The translations under genes were made by a program, and so were the position numbers. The notes below the pieces were generated by a model. It searched no databases, was not told where the DNA came from, and was given only the letters and a program-made list of their open reading frames with translations. From assembly GCA_964188305.1 (NCBI GenBank), contig OZ076899.1: a stretch of 64,000 nt of DNA; one strand, 5' to 3'. Below are positions 12,065 through 47,400 of the stretch, one piece after another. This DNA comes from Podarcis bocagei. Lineage: Eukaryota. Every line of letters starts with the position of its first letter. Positions within the stretch are counted from its first letter, which is position 1.

Positions 12065-13586
12065 CCCCAGTGCTCTTGTTCTTGTCCCAACCAAACGCTG
12101 ATAGACCCTGCCCTGCCATGGCTCTGTTTGATTAAGTTCTCTCACTGTTCAATGCAAAAGAAAAGGTGGGGAAGGAGGAGGGGGAAGAAATAACATTTCC
12201 CTGAGGCAAGAGGCTTCATGAGATTTCTTTCTAAAACAAGAAGTTTCTGCTCCAGCCACTGCAAATGCACAGGTAGCTTTTGACAACAGAAGCTTTCAAG
12301 GGAGAGCAACAAGAGGGGAATTGCAAGTAGCTCAAGAAGGCCTCAATCCTGTCGAAATGATAAAACAGTTCTCACAAGAGGTAATTAGCACCCAGCAGGA
12401 TTGAGGCCTGACCAGAAAAAGCAAAAACAAAAAACACGCCCATCTATTACAAATGTCTGTGCTTCAAAACTGGCAACCTTAACATTTGGTCTTTGGCTCT
12501 TTTACTACAACCTAGTGTTTTTATTATTCTTATTTTCTCATGGAAATAATGGATATATTTTCATAAATAAACTTGACATTATCCAATTCATTTTGTTGGG
12601 GAGATATACAAATTAATTAGGGTTTATGTCCATATTTACTTGGACTTCAAAACAGGCATGTTGAAGGAATGAAGTTGGCTCCAAATTTGGTCATAATCCA
12701 AGCAGAACTCATTGTGATTTATTTTCTTTCTCTTTTTTCAAAACAATGGGGCTCACACCACTTAGAGGATCAAGAGCTTTCTGATACCAAGGAAGAACCA
12801 TCCAATGTAGGGCTCTGAAGGGAAGGGAGTACCTTGAGGAGCCATGTGGTTTTTGTTTGACAGCCACTGGCCCCAACCTGGTCTATGGCCTTCCAGGAAC
12901 AGAAGAGGCCGCTTGCTCCAGCAAGCCTCTTTTCACAGGGATTGCCATATGTGCCCCTCTTTGTGGCAATGTTTCTCATAACTTCTTTTTTCCCCAGGGC
13001 AAGCAGCATGCTGGGACAAAAAGGTCAAGTGAAGAGGGGGAAGGTTTAGTTAGTCCTTCAGCCCCCACCCCTTCCTGGTTCTCTTACACAAATTACCCAC
13101 TGACCAACTGAGCTGTCAGTCACCTCCTCAAAGCAAGGTATTTATGACAGCTCTGATGCACAACCACTTTCACTTTCCAGCAAAGAGCCCTGGTTGGGTT
13201 GGCGCTGGCCCTGATGAGCCTACACTACTCCCCAGACCTCCACAAAAGAGCTTAGCCACCAAGCTTCTTAGAAAAGCCTGAGCAAGCTCTTAAATGAAGA
13301 GGGTCAAGCCCAGTTTCCAGTGATTGCACAGGAAAGGTTCTCAGAGGGAACTGCCCTGTCACCAGAATACAATGGCTCCATGATCATGCTGGTGCTAGCA
13401 CAGCATTTCCAAATAGATAATGGTCCGCAACCCAGTAGTCCTACAGAGGGCCAGCTCCACACACCCATGTCTCTGTGCACCGGTATGCAGAACTCTTTCC
13501 TCCAGTAGAGCAAAAGTAGAGCTCTAGATCTCACCTTGCTTACAGAACACCTGCTGAAATCTGAGTCCGGGGAAACAGCTTTAGGG

Positions 13587-13707
13587 CAGGGATGGAGTAT
13601 CTGTGGCCCTCTCACTCCCACCATCCCCAGCCAGGATAGCCAACGGTCATGAACAATGGGGTTTGCAGTCCATCATCTTCAGGTAGACCACAGGTTCCCC
13701 ATCCCTG
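13587..13707. mobile_element. Palindromic hAT-type MITE inside the predicted UBN1 3'UTR
   Basis: TIR CAGGGATGG / CCATCCCTG; TSD CTTTAGGG / CTTTTGGG. Confidence 0.75.
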
Positions 13708-14698
13708 CTTTTGGGGAAACTCAGGTCCACATACTCCACACCTAGTGATCAATATCTATTTTGTACTCTGCTTGGCACTAGGCAACTCCATAAGGTCAAG
13801 TCCAGAAAGTAGTGTATAACTCCAGAAAAAAAAGCTCTTATCAAATAAAGCCCAACACATCTTAAATACAGCTAAGAATTTTTGAGGGGGGAAAAACAAC
13901 AACAAAAGAGAGAGCCCACACAAAAAGAGCTTGAAATGTTTTGCACTCTTGCTCCACCATAAAAGGCACTGGAATTACGGCTTTGCTATACACAATGACA
14001 TGCTGGGAAAGAAAGGGGACTTGTCCAATCCTATGCATTCAGTGGTAATGACAGGGCAGGGGAAAGGGCAGGATTGACCATACCAGAAAATAAAAGGCAG
14101 AGAAGCAACACAAAAAGATCAGAATGCCAGTGTTCATGAATGCATCTCAAGGCCTCACAAGTCTCTGTTCTTCTGAGAAGACCAATGAGCTGATTGACTT
14201 TACAAAAGATGCCACAGAGGAAGGTGGGTCTTCTTGGTTGATGTCAGCATAGCTTTATTACAGGTACCATAAAGGGGGGGGGGGGAGGAACCACTTGTGA
14301 CTATCACTCTTTGATTAGCTTAAGCCAGCCAAGTAAACCCAAAGCAGGAATGTTCCAGCACCTTCACATAGTCCACTGGAAAATCAAGGAGTGAGAAACT
14401 GGATTCAGAGGTATGTGACAAGAAGGGCTTGGGTTGTCGTGCTGCATCTCTCCCTCCCACTCTGGTGCCTGAAGTATGTGAAGCCAGGGCAGCTGCCAGA
14501 ACGGCACCAGTTAAGTGCTTCCTTTCTTAGTGCGAGGCACAGATCCCTGTGGAAAGGGACTGGTCCAAACAGGGAAGGAACCTCCAGATCAACTCCATTC
14601 AAAAAGGAACGGGGGGTGGGGAGAAAGGGCACCTTGCGTCCGTGGCTTCATTCTGCAAGTCCCTATCAGGGCTTGTCATGTCCTCAACTTTCGAACTG

Positions 14699-37118
<22,420 letters not shown>

Positions 37119-37831
37119 GGCTAGACTTACGTTGTAGTTGCTATCATGGCATGGTTTCCAACAGTCTAGGCCAAAGTCTTGACTAGTATATACATGAGGG
37201 CATCACCACTAGAAAACACGCACACACAGATGGATGCCAAATGCAGAAATTAATAGATTTGCTAGATTCCTGCGTTTTAAGAAAAACAACACAACAATCT
37301 CTGCTTTCATAAGAGGAGAAGAATCATCATCCCATAGCCACACCACTGCAGGTTAGCATGTGGCCCTTGAAGTTTATGCAGCACAACTCTGCTTCAAGCC
37401 AAACATGAAGGAAAGAAAGAAAGAACTTTCTGAACAGAGCAACTTTTATGGAATCAGTTTCATTGTGACATTGGCCGGAAAGGTCAGTCTGGGCTATGTT
37501 ACTCCACATCAGAGAATTTCCCACACTGGGAACTGACATAATGCAAAAAACACTGAACACATATGCTCCGGCCTTCTGCTGAATACAAATGCCGATCTGC
37601 TAGCATTCAGACCCAAATGAATCCCGATCCATGGCATGTAGATAGTACTCTGAAACTTCTTTCCAAAGACGTATCTTCATATTTCTACCTAAAAGACAAA
37701 ATCAGAAAGTTCCAGCCACAAAAAACAGAACAGGTGAACACACAATTTTTGTTCCTCCATGGACTATGTTTCAAATGAGGCCTGTCTGGCAGGTCTGGTG
37801 CTGTACTGAACAATGACTGTACCCTGTAACT

Positions 37832-37967
37832 CAGGTAGGGATACTCTAGCCCTCCAGATGCTGCTGAACTACAAGTGCCATCAGCCCTAGCATGTATGGC
37901 CAATGGCCAGGGCTGATAGGAGCTGTAGTTCAGCAACATCTGGAGGTCCAAATGTTCCCCACTCCTG
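37832..37967. mobile_element. Short palindromic hAT-type MITE; related copies at about 2860-2980, 6740-6820, 10168-10297, 13587-13707, 15680-15790, 39950-40045, 50630-50730 and 53835-53955
   Basis: CAGATG(C/T)TGCTGAACTACA..TGTAGTTCAGCAACATCTG fold-back core; TSD CTGTAACT / CTGTAACC. Confidence 0.8.
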
Positions 37968-40669
37968 CTGTAACCGGATGAGATTTCTGAACGTCCAAGC
38001 AAATAATTTTACCACACAAAACTCAATTACACAGTTGGATGCCATGAAATGTAGCAATTGCTACTAAACAAATGATTTCAGAAAAGCATTAAACTCATAG
38101 AGAACATGCCTGCCCAAAAATATTAGCCATAACAGGCAGAAATGGAAGCTCCATGTTCAGAAAAAGCATGCTTGTCCTTACCAGTTGGCAGAGACCAATC
38201 AATAAAAGCTTAGTCACTATTACACCCTCTCTGAGCACTCATCGGGGCACATTTGGGAACAGAGTGCTAAGCATAAACATTTGTTCTTAACCCAACAAAA
38301 CAATTCTTACTTTTTTAGGATTGGCAGTAACCAATAGACATGGTTTGGGCTCTGACAGATTGTGGATGCAAATGTTTTATGCCAATAGAAGATAATCAGC
38401 AAAATTATTACACAAAGTATTAGATGATCCACTCTCTAGAGTGAAAACTGGCAGATAAATAGTGATGAGAGAAAAAGCCAAATTGCGGCAGCTTGGATGA
38501 GGAACTGTCCCCAAATAAAATATCTACAACTGGAGATGTTGCCGCTGAACGACTGACTGTTCAATGTACAGCAGTAACATAGTACTTTGTTTCCCCATGA
38601 CAGAGAAAGTGAGATGCACACAAACAACATGCTTTGGAGAATACATTTGTGTGAGTCATGTCCTTGGGGGCACCTGCTACAAAAGTCTCTTACACATTCA
38701 AATGACTCCCCCACCTGCTGCTTTGTGAGTAAACCTCAAGGAAAAATCTGTACCCACTGCCTTGTGGGAAATCCTTGGGAGAAGAAAAGGCTAAGGAATA
38801 AACCCTACACAAATCCGGAGTGGAGTCCCTAAGACAGTTGTCTTGTATGCCTCTTTCCAGCAACTCCTGCAGCTCAAGCTGATGCCAAATGTATTGCTAT
38901 GTTTCCCTTTGGACCACATCAGAAAGGCCAAGAGTGGGTTCTTGTTGTCTGGGTAACCCAAAACCTCCATACACACTGCCCAGGTTGTCACCCCGGAGAG
39001 ATTACTTCAGTGCTGCTAACGCAGCAAAAACAATGGAAGCAACAGTTACAAGTCACAAGTCTCTGCAGCCACAGCAAGTGCTGTGACTCTCTAGTGGTTT
39101 GACTTCACCCCTGGAGACACATTCCATTGTCTCTCTGAGACAGATAGATGCTAACAACTACACTCTGTTCTGCTCTGTCTTGACAGCATCAGGTTGAGTG
39201 TTAGAACAAAACCCATCCACTTTCCTGTCAGTGCAATGGCACAATAACAGGATTAGGTCTGCGAGATCCAAGTAGCCCAGGCATTCACATATAGCATTCC
39301 TTTATTTATAGAACTTATTTCAGTTTCCAGAGTGTTAATGGAATGCATGCTTCTGGTCCCCATGGCAACAATAGGCCAATTTTTCTTTATTGTTTTCTGG
39401 CATTTAGTCACTCCCCACCCGCCTCCTTTATCTAAGTGAGGTTCACTGTAGGAAAGCTAAGCTCAAAAATAAGGTAGAAAAGTTGGCATGATGTGCTGCT
39501 TAGCAAAGCTGGGAAGTCCAAAGTTTAAATCATATAAACTTAGAAGGTGGTCTTTGAACAATCCACCCTTCAAACCTCACCACAACCACCTCATAATTTG
39601 GAATGCAGAGATAAAACCACTAGCTCACGTTTTATGACTAAAAGGATGATTGAAATAACATGTGTGGCATGTTCTGGACACTAAGGAAATGTAACTAATG
39701 CAAGTGCAAAGTATTTGAAACACAGAAATAGGTTAATTGCCTTGCAGGATCTGAACAAAGTCCACCTGCTTCAACATTCTCTCTCACACACTGATGGGTC
39801 AGATAGATGCCTGGCTGTTTCCTCTGGACTTGCCCCTGGTATTCAGAGGTACACTGTCTCAATATAGGGAAGCCCCATTGTGCTGTTGTCCAAAAGACAC
39901 CAGCAAGGGTACAAGATCTATCTTGACATATCTACTTAACCCCCAAAGTGGGAAAATCTGAGGCCCAACTCCCACCAGCCGCAGCAACATGGCCAATAAT
40001 CCTGAGGAGTGATGGGAGTGCAGAGCCCAAGAACATCTGGAGGCGTACAAGTTTCATCCACTGCTGGTGTGATCCAACGCTCCCAATTTCCAAAAGCAGT
40101 CAAGAAAGCTTCTCCAGGAAGCCCACAAAAGCAGAACTATGGTCCTCCCCCCCCCACGCCTGCACCTTTATTTACCCATAGCATCTAGCGCTGTCGTAGA
40201 CTGCTACAGCACATGGAGGTTTTGTTTACAGACATCCCAGGTAGTAGCTACTGATGGGTAGCACTAAGGGTTTTCCGGTGTGGCGTGTAAGAGGCTATGG
40301 AAAGATTCCCCCTCCTCCTCGTTCAGGCTTCGCGGTATCCAACTCCCCTCCCCCGCACCGATCCATGCACCCAAAATAAATGCAGAAGCACAAATGGCAA
40401 TTTCCAACACTCTGCAAGGGCTGCCCACCCACGCGCACATTTCCCCTGCATTATGTATTAGGGGGAAAGAGAGGAGAAGGCCGAAGCTCATCTCCAAGTC
40501 CGGGTTAATCGGGCGGGGGGGGGGGGTTTCAAAGAAAAGGTGTCGGTTATTCCCAGCCGGCGAGGTGGCGAAAGAAAGGCCCCGTTGCCCCTGGTAACGA
40601 GGGAGGCGCTTTGGAGCGCCTGGGGAGGTTTGTCCCTTCTCTCGCCCTCTACCCGAAAGCAACGCTTAC

Positions 40670-40850
40670 CGGCGCGCCTCCATTTCTTCGACTCCAAGCT
40701 CGCCTCGCGGCACCTCTCCGCCTTCCCTCCGGCTACCTCAAACCGTTGCCGCGGCCTCAGCAGCTAACCCTTCTCGCAAGCGCCGCCGTTGCTGCAACTG
40801 CCGCCGCCGCCGGATCCAATTCCTCGCTCTCAAGTCACGTGCAAGGGGAG
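40670..40850 (-). other. UBN1: Probable non-coding first exon of UBN1 (5' boundary approximate)
   Basis: CCG/gtaagc donor at 40670 on the - strand inside the CpG island, upstream of the exon carrying the start codon. Confidence 0.6.
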
Positions 40851-41413
40851 AGGGCGGAGAGAACGAAAAACAACAAGCCAGGGTTGGAGGGAAACCCCCG
40901 AGGCCCGCGTCACGTGACCCCAACGGAACGCGCTCGCGCTCTTCGCTTTTTGACAAGCAGAGCAGGAGAAGAGGGGGGCGGGGGAGAGGTCACGCGCGGA
41001 GCTCTCCCGCGTCACATGCAAAGGGCCGGCCTATCAGAGAGAGCGCTGATCGTACAGGGCATCGCTTTCCATCCATCTCTCCTCTTCCCCTCCTGTCGGT
41101 CTTTGTATTGCTGCTGCTGTTGAGGAAAGGAGGGAGGGGGCGGCGACGGAGTGCGTGCTGCGCGCGCGCCAGCCAGTGTCCCGGTAGGCTCTGCGGCAGA
41201 GTGGGAGGGGGGAGAGAGAGAGCGAGAGAGAGAAGGAAGGAAGAGGAATAGCAGTAGGGATCATCGTAGCTGCCAATTCTGGCTGCTGAGGGGCGGAAGG
41301 AGGGGGAGTCTGAGGAGGGGTGTGGCGGCGTCGGCTGTAGAGGAGGAGGAGGAGGAGGAGGTGGTAGCGGCGGCAGCAGCAGCAACAGCGACGGTGCCGG
41401 CCGGGTCAGGAAA

Positions 41414-41469
41414 ATGGCTGCGGCTGCGGCGGCTGTTCCTGTGAACCTGCGGCTCGGAGACCTGGTGTG
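41414..41469 (+). CDS. GLYR1: GLYR1 exon 1 coding part ([19 protein letters not shown])
   Basis: aaaATGG strong Kozak, TG/gtgagt donor. Confidence 0.94.
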
Positions 41470-44400
41470 GTGAGTTGCGGGGTGGCACCGCGGCGGTTGG
41501 GGGGCGCCTCCCCTCTAGAAAGGGGTGAAACGGGAAAAGCTGAATCTTCTGGCCTGGGCCTCGTAAGCCCGTAGGCGGCCATCGCCGCCGTTTGTGGGCA
41601 GAGCCCTGCGAGGGAGAGACACCCCCCCTTCCTCAGGCACAAACACGGACTCGCCTTGTGGGAGGAGGCACGGGCAAGTCAGCCCCGCGAGGACTTGGGG
41701 CGGGATGTGGGGCTAGACTTGCCTCCCGACCACCTTCCTGGAGGGGAAATTTGCCACCTTTAAGGGGGTGAAGGAAGTCGTAGGGGGCTGCTGGAGGTGG
41801 CGGCGGGCGACTCGACTCGAAGGGCGGCGCGGCCTGGGGCATGTTGCGCGTGAGAGGAGTTCACTTTTAAGAGACAGAGAAAGGTAAGCTTTGGTGTGAG
41901 CGGAGAAAACGAGTAACATTATCCGGGTGGTCGCGAGATGGGGAGGAGTTAAATCTGAAACACCACCCCATGGCTTCCATTAAATGTAGCCATATTGGGG
42001 GCCACTACAGTTTCCTAAACACGCAACTTCAATAGTTAAGAGGCTTGGGCCTCCTCTGGTTTTCTGCATTTCTAGTACTGGAAGAAACTGAGGTAAAGAG
42101 GCAAACTTGGTTGTGGGGAGGGGGGGAGTGCGTGCTAATATTATCAGTAAGCTGGCAAACTTGTGAGGAAGGGATATTCCGCATCAATTGGGTTGGTCTT
42201 TTGGTAATAGAAATGGAGCCAAGGGTAAATTCCTGCCAGCACTCAGTGTGAGCCAGGAAGTCTTAGGATCAAACTTATTGAAGCCTTAAGCAAGCTACTT
42301 TTTTCCTTTAGTTTTAGTTTTTAGACAGCATCGTGGAGAAAATGGCACTGACATATTCCGGAATGGAGCAAAGATTGTAATTAGAATTGTACAATAATGA
42401 ATTAATTAAAAGTTCTTTGAAAATTCAAATAAAGGTTACTGCTAAATAAATGGAGCTCTAGGTGGCTCAATGAGTGATCCTTTTAATTGGACCGCCTAAA
42501 TTCAGTGAGAGTTGTTCTGGAAGCTATTGTTTACTGTTGAAATCTGACTTCTTGAAATCATTGTAAATTGCAATGAGTACTTAAAGCAGAGTTGTCACAC
42601 ACAAAGTTATGAATAATGATAGTTATTTTAAATAACACGCTTAATGTACAATTGTCTTACTGTTTTATTTTACTTTTACAGCAACCCTGTGATTCAGGTT
42701 GCTGCTGTTCTTCTTTGCAGGATCTGAAGTGGAGAGGTAGTGACTTGGCCAAAGCCACCGAGTTAGTCCATAGCTGAGCTGGGATTTAAACTCAGGTTTT
42801 ATATTGTAATCCTATTGATATTTACTCTGAAGTAAGTTCCACTAGGTTTAGGGGAGCATACTTCCACGTAAGTGTGCACTGGGTAGTGTCCTCAGAAGCT
42901 TTTGTTCTCATTTTTATTCTCATTTCGTCTTGTGGGATAGATCACCAATGCAGCCACTTTACGAATGGGAAGCATGAAAAGTGTAATGGCTTCTCTACCA
43001 AAAGGATACTTTCCTTTTTTATACTAGTTAGTCCAATTGAGTTACTTGAAAAACCGAGGAACCTGCCCCCAGTACAACAGCTAACCAGGTTTAAATTATA
43101 ATGAAGTGTGGTAGTTACTCTGCAAAAAATGCTTTCTAAATTTGGATCCTTTCTAGAATGTTATAACAACAGAATGTATGGCTTTTGTTAACGCATAGTT
43201 TAGAAGTGGGCAAATAAGTTGAGCTACATTGGAATTTGTTCAATGAGTAATACAAACCCTTTTCTGCCTGCTCCTTTGTGACTTCCCACAATCATATTAT
43301 GCACTAAGAGCCACAAGGGAGCTGTTCCATAAAATTATTTGATACATCTTGACTGTCTCTTCATTATATGCCCAAAAATATTTTTTACAAAAAACAGAAC
43401 TTCAAATTATGTTCTTAATTAACAAGCACAAAGTGATTGTTGAAAATCCCACATAATGCAGTGAGGATACTCTGGAAATAACATTGTTAGGCTGCAAAAA
43501 TGTTTGCTAGCCTTCTGGGGATTGGTGAAAAAGAGATGGAGGGTCGCACTCTTGCAGCAAACTGTTGTGTTTCTGTGCTGGGGGTGGGCACTTTCCTCAT
43601 CTGATTCTCTGCCAGCCCATTCATTCACTAGCATAGAATTTTATGTACTCAGTTTTATGCATTAGTCCCTTTATGGTTTCTAGGCCGGTGCTTAAATGCA
43701 GGGTTGGTGTCATTGCTTGGTTGTGTTAGGGTTGAGGTACCAAATGGGGTAATCATCTGGAATTGCCGGTGTAATGGCCACCTTTTGTAAGAGAAGGAGC
43801 CAGTAATTATATGTGACTGTGCTGGAGTTGGTGCACAAATACAGAACTGGAAGCAAGACATAATTCTATGAAATTTTTATCTGGGCCTGTGAAGCCTGGG
43901 TTTTTTCCAGGGTAGTAGCTCAAGGCCATTGAATGCCAACCAAGTAGTGAGTCTGCTTCTGGTAGTTAAAGCCCTGTCTTCATTGAGCAGTGGTGTCTGA
44001 GCAATATGACTTATTTCAAGAGCCACTGAGCAGTTTATTTTTGTGTCCTCAAGATGGGTCATATACCACTAGAACTACAGTACACAGATTTTGCTCCCAA
44101 GAGAACATGGTGAATGGCAAAATTTTTGGAGCAGCTATTGATAATCTGGAAAAACTGGCATTTATTCATCTTTACGTATAAGTGTGGCTTATTGGCAGAT
44201 ACCTCTGCCATGCGAAGAAATCCTATTCCTATTTTTTTTGCTCTAATAATGGCTTCTATTAAGCATTTTTTCATTTAGTGTTTCTGTTAATTCTTCTAAA
44301 TGGTGGTCTTAAACAGATTTGTTTTAACTTTGAAACAAATAGCTATATACTCAACTTGCAAGTTTGTATAAATTTATATACCAAAGAAAAGTAATTATAC

Positions 44401-47400
44401 AATCCTGACAATAACCAGCTCAGATTTCTCATTAGACTTGCTAACAGAGTAGCTAGAATGTGATTTATTCAGATGATGCATTTCCAGTCTGTGTTGGAAG
44501 TTGTACTCAACTTGTGAAGTCGTTAAATTTGAGTTCAAGTTGGAATTCACATTTAGCTTTGTTGATAGACTTTGATGATTATTTAGTCATGTGCTAATAT
44601 AGTATGTTAGATGATCACCAAATATTGAGAGATGTGCTATAAAGAGGGATGGCAGCAGAGTGAGTGAGTGAATGCCAGCCTAACTTAATCTCATAATAAT
44701 AATAACAACAACAACAATCAACTTGGTTGTTGCTTGTTCTATATGCCAGTGTTGTTTCTTGGTCTTTTGCATCCAGGTTTGTGTCTAGTACGGCAGCTTT
44801 TGGCCCTTCCTTAATTGCTTTGCTTTGCTTATTGGCAGGAATGTTGTTTCCTAGCCCTGTAAATAGGTCCAAGATTAACATGGGGACTTGTGTAATGGCT
44901 GTTAATATCACTAAAGTAGGGGAAAAGGTATGTTCCCTACATGTGACCCATGACAAACTTTCAAAAACTGGTGCTTGCTTGAACTTTTGGATCTACAAAG
45001 TGCTCACTTTGTAGAACAACTTTGTTCTTCTCTAACTTCTATGAGCCAGCATGGCTGGTAGCCATAGATTATGGAAGTTGTAGTCAAGTAACCCCTAGAG
45101 GGCCACACTGTTCCTCCACTCTTGGTTTATGGACAGCAAAGCCAGTAAAAGGAGTGGTGTTAGAAGTATCAGTGAAGTAAGCATCGGCAGAGATAATAGA
45201 GATGATAGCCCTCCAACAGCTTCTGGAGGGCAACAGATTGGAAAAGCCTGTCTTAAGGGAAAGGGGCATTTGTGGTCTGTCTTCCACACCAGGAGAAAGG
45301 TAATTGCTTTCATTTCCCTTTGTGCTTTCTGATATAACTTCTTCTGCCTACACTAGCAGGAGAAGATGAATTTTCAGTGGCATGAAGTCAGGGTTCCACA
45401 AATTCACTTGCCAGATTGCTGTTGGCGACTGTGAATCTAATTGAAGCACACCCACAAACTCAAATCTCAGCATATGATATATCTTCATTTTTTTGTACAC
45501 ACATAAATAATAAAACATGACGTGACTAACAAAAAATGGATCACTAGGGAAGTAAAATACTAAACATTATTTTACCATACATAATAATCAGGTGATTTTA
45601 ATAAACCAGTAAAATGAATTCTTCAATAAATCAGCTTAGAGAACACAGAGTAATATGGGAAAGCTAATGAATAGTGCCTGCTTATCTATGCCAAATTTCA
45701 ATGTATGTGTTCTTTTATTTCTACAGTGGTACCTCGGGTTAAAGGGACGCGGGTGGCGCTGTGGGTTAAACCACAGAGCCTAGGACTTGCTGATCAGAAG
45801 GTCGGCGGTTCGAATCCCCACGACGGGGTGAGCTCCTGTTGCTCGATCCCTGCTCCTGCCAACCTAGCAATTCAAAAGCATGTCAAAGTGCAAGTAGATC
45901 AATAGGTACCGCTCCAGCGGGAAGGTAAACGGCGTTTCCGTGCGCTGCTCTGGTTTGCCAGAAGTGGCTTAATCATGCTGGCCACATGACCTGGAAGCTG
46001 TACGCCTGCTCCCTCGGCCAGTAAAGCGAGATGAGCGGCGCAACCCCAGAGTCGGCCACGACTGGACCTAATGGTCAAGGGTCCCTTTACCTTTACCTCG
46101 GGTTAAGTACTTAATTCGTTCTGGAGGTCTGTTCTTAACTTGAAGCACCACTTTAGCTGATGGGGCCTCGCGCTGCCGGAGCACAATTTCTGTTCTCATC
46201 CTGAAGCAAAGTTCTTAACCCGAGGTACTATTTTTGGGTTAGCAGAGTCTGTAACCTGAAGCGTATGTAACCCGAGGTACCACTGTATGTTTAATAAAAT
46301 CACACCATACCTTGTAAAAATTATTGTTTCTCTGTCCCCTTGCCACCTTCAATTTTTGCAACAACTTTTCCATTGTTTCCCAGACTATACTACACCAGTG
46401 ATCAATATTCAAGGTTTTCCAAGTTCTGGCTATTACCGTTCTAGTTGCTGTTAATAAATGTGTTATTAATTCCTTCCTAATTTGTCCATATCTGGAATAT
46501 ATAAATTAAGTAAGGCTAATGCTGGTGTTACTGGAATTATCTGAGCTGTAATCTGAGATAACCTTTTTAAAACTTTCTTCCAAAATTCTACTTTTTGTAG
46601 ACATTCCCACCACATATGTTGGTATGTACCTATAATTTGGCATCCTCTGCAACAGAACAGAGAGCTATTGGGCTGTGTATAAGATAGGCACCTCAGTGTT
46701 AAATAACACCCATGCAGGTTTTAGTGAATATTCCCCAGGATTTGCTGACATATTTATATGGTGCTTTGGTCCATAAAAAAATTCTATTTATCTTCTTCAA
46801 TGTTTATATCCCAATTTAATTCCCACCAGCTTTTTATATTTTGTTGGGGCAAAATTGCTTCTCAATAAGTTTTGTATAAAAGGGAAAGTAATCCCTTAGT
46901 CCTCTTCCCCTGCATTATAGTGGCAGGGGGGCTTGTTTTGTGCCAAGCAGGAAATACAAACCTGCCCTTCCCTCAAATCTCCCAGCTCTTGTACAGAAAA
47001 TTTTAGGGAAGGGACCAGCTGCTCGGTTTGGGTTGGTGTTTTCATACACTTGGAAGCATCAGAACTCTTTGTATTACAGTTTGAAGGTACTGAAAAGCAG
47101 TGAGAAACTGACGCATTTTCTCTCCAGAGCTGCTTTTTTTGTTGGGTGTCATGGAGAAAAAGGTCATTGGTCATCTGCAAGTAACAGCAGGCTAAGACCA
47201 CCAGCTAAAACTTGTAGATTCCTGTATGAGACCTCCCTATAAAAAAGACTCCATATTTTTATGCACCTATACACTGGTACCTCAGGTTAAGTACTTAATT
47301 TGTTCTGGAGGTCCATTCTTAACCTGAAACTGTTCTTAACCTAAAGCACCACTTTAGCTAATGGGGCCTGCTGCCGCGCCGCCGGAGCCTGATTTCTGTT

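Larger units (their letters stand above)
40270..41950. promoter_or_regulatory. CpG island / bidirectional promoter shared by UBN1 (-) and GLYR1 (+)
   Basis: Sharp rise in GC and CpG between two divergent first exons. E-boxes at 40834, 40909, 40989 and 41011, GC boxes, a GCGCGCGC run at about 41160, and a YY1-like AAAATGGCTGC over the GLYR1 ATG. Confidence 0.9.
45690..46890 (-). mobile_element. Degenerate L1/Tx1-clade LINE ORF2 3' fragment (host of the MITE and SINE)
   Basis: The - strand at about 46570-46710 reads [46 protein letters not shown], a C-terminal CCHC motif of L1-clade ORF2. The frame resumes across the MITE ([16 protein letters not shown]). Confidence 0.7.

Noticed and set aside
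13963-13969. miR-124 seed match (GTGCCTT on - strand) in the UBN1 3'UTR
   Set aside because: A single 7-mer in a UTR of about 2.9 kb cannot be distinguished from chance without conservation data.
40264-41919. Many overlapping ORFs in the CpG island
   Set aside because: Stop-poor GC-rich sequence; only 41414-41469 has a recognisable product and splice donor.
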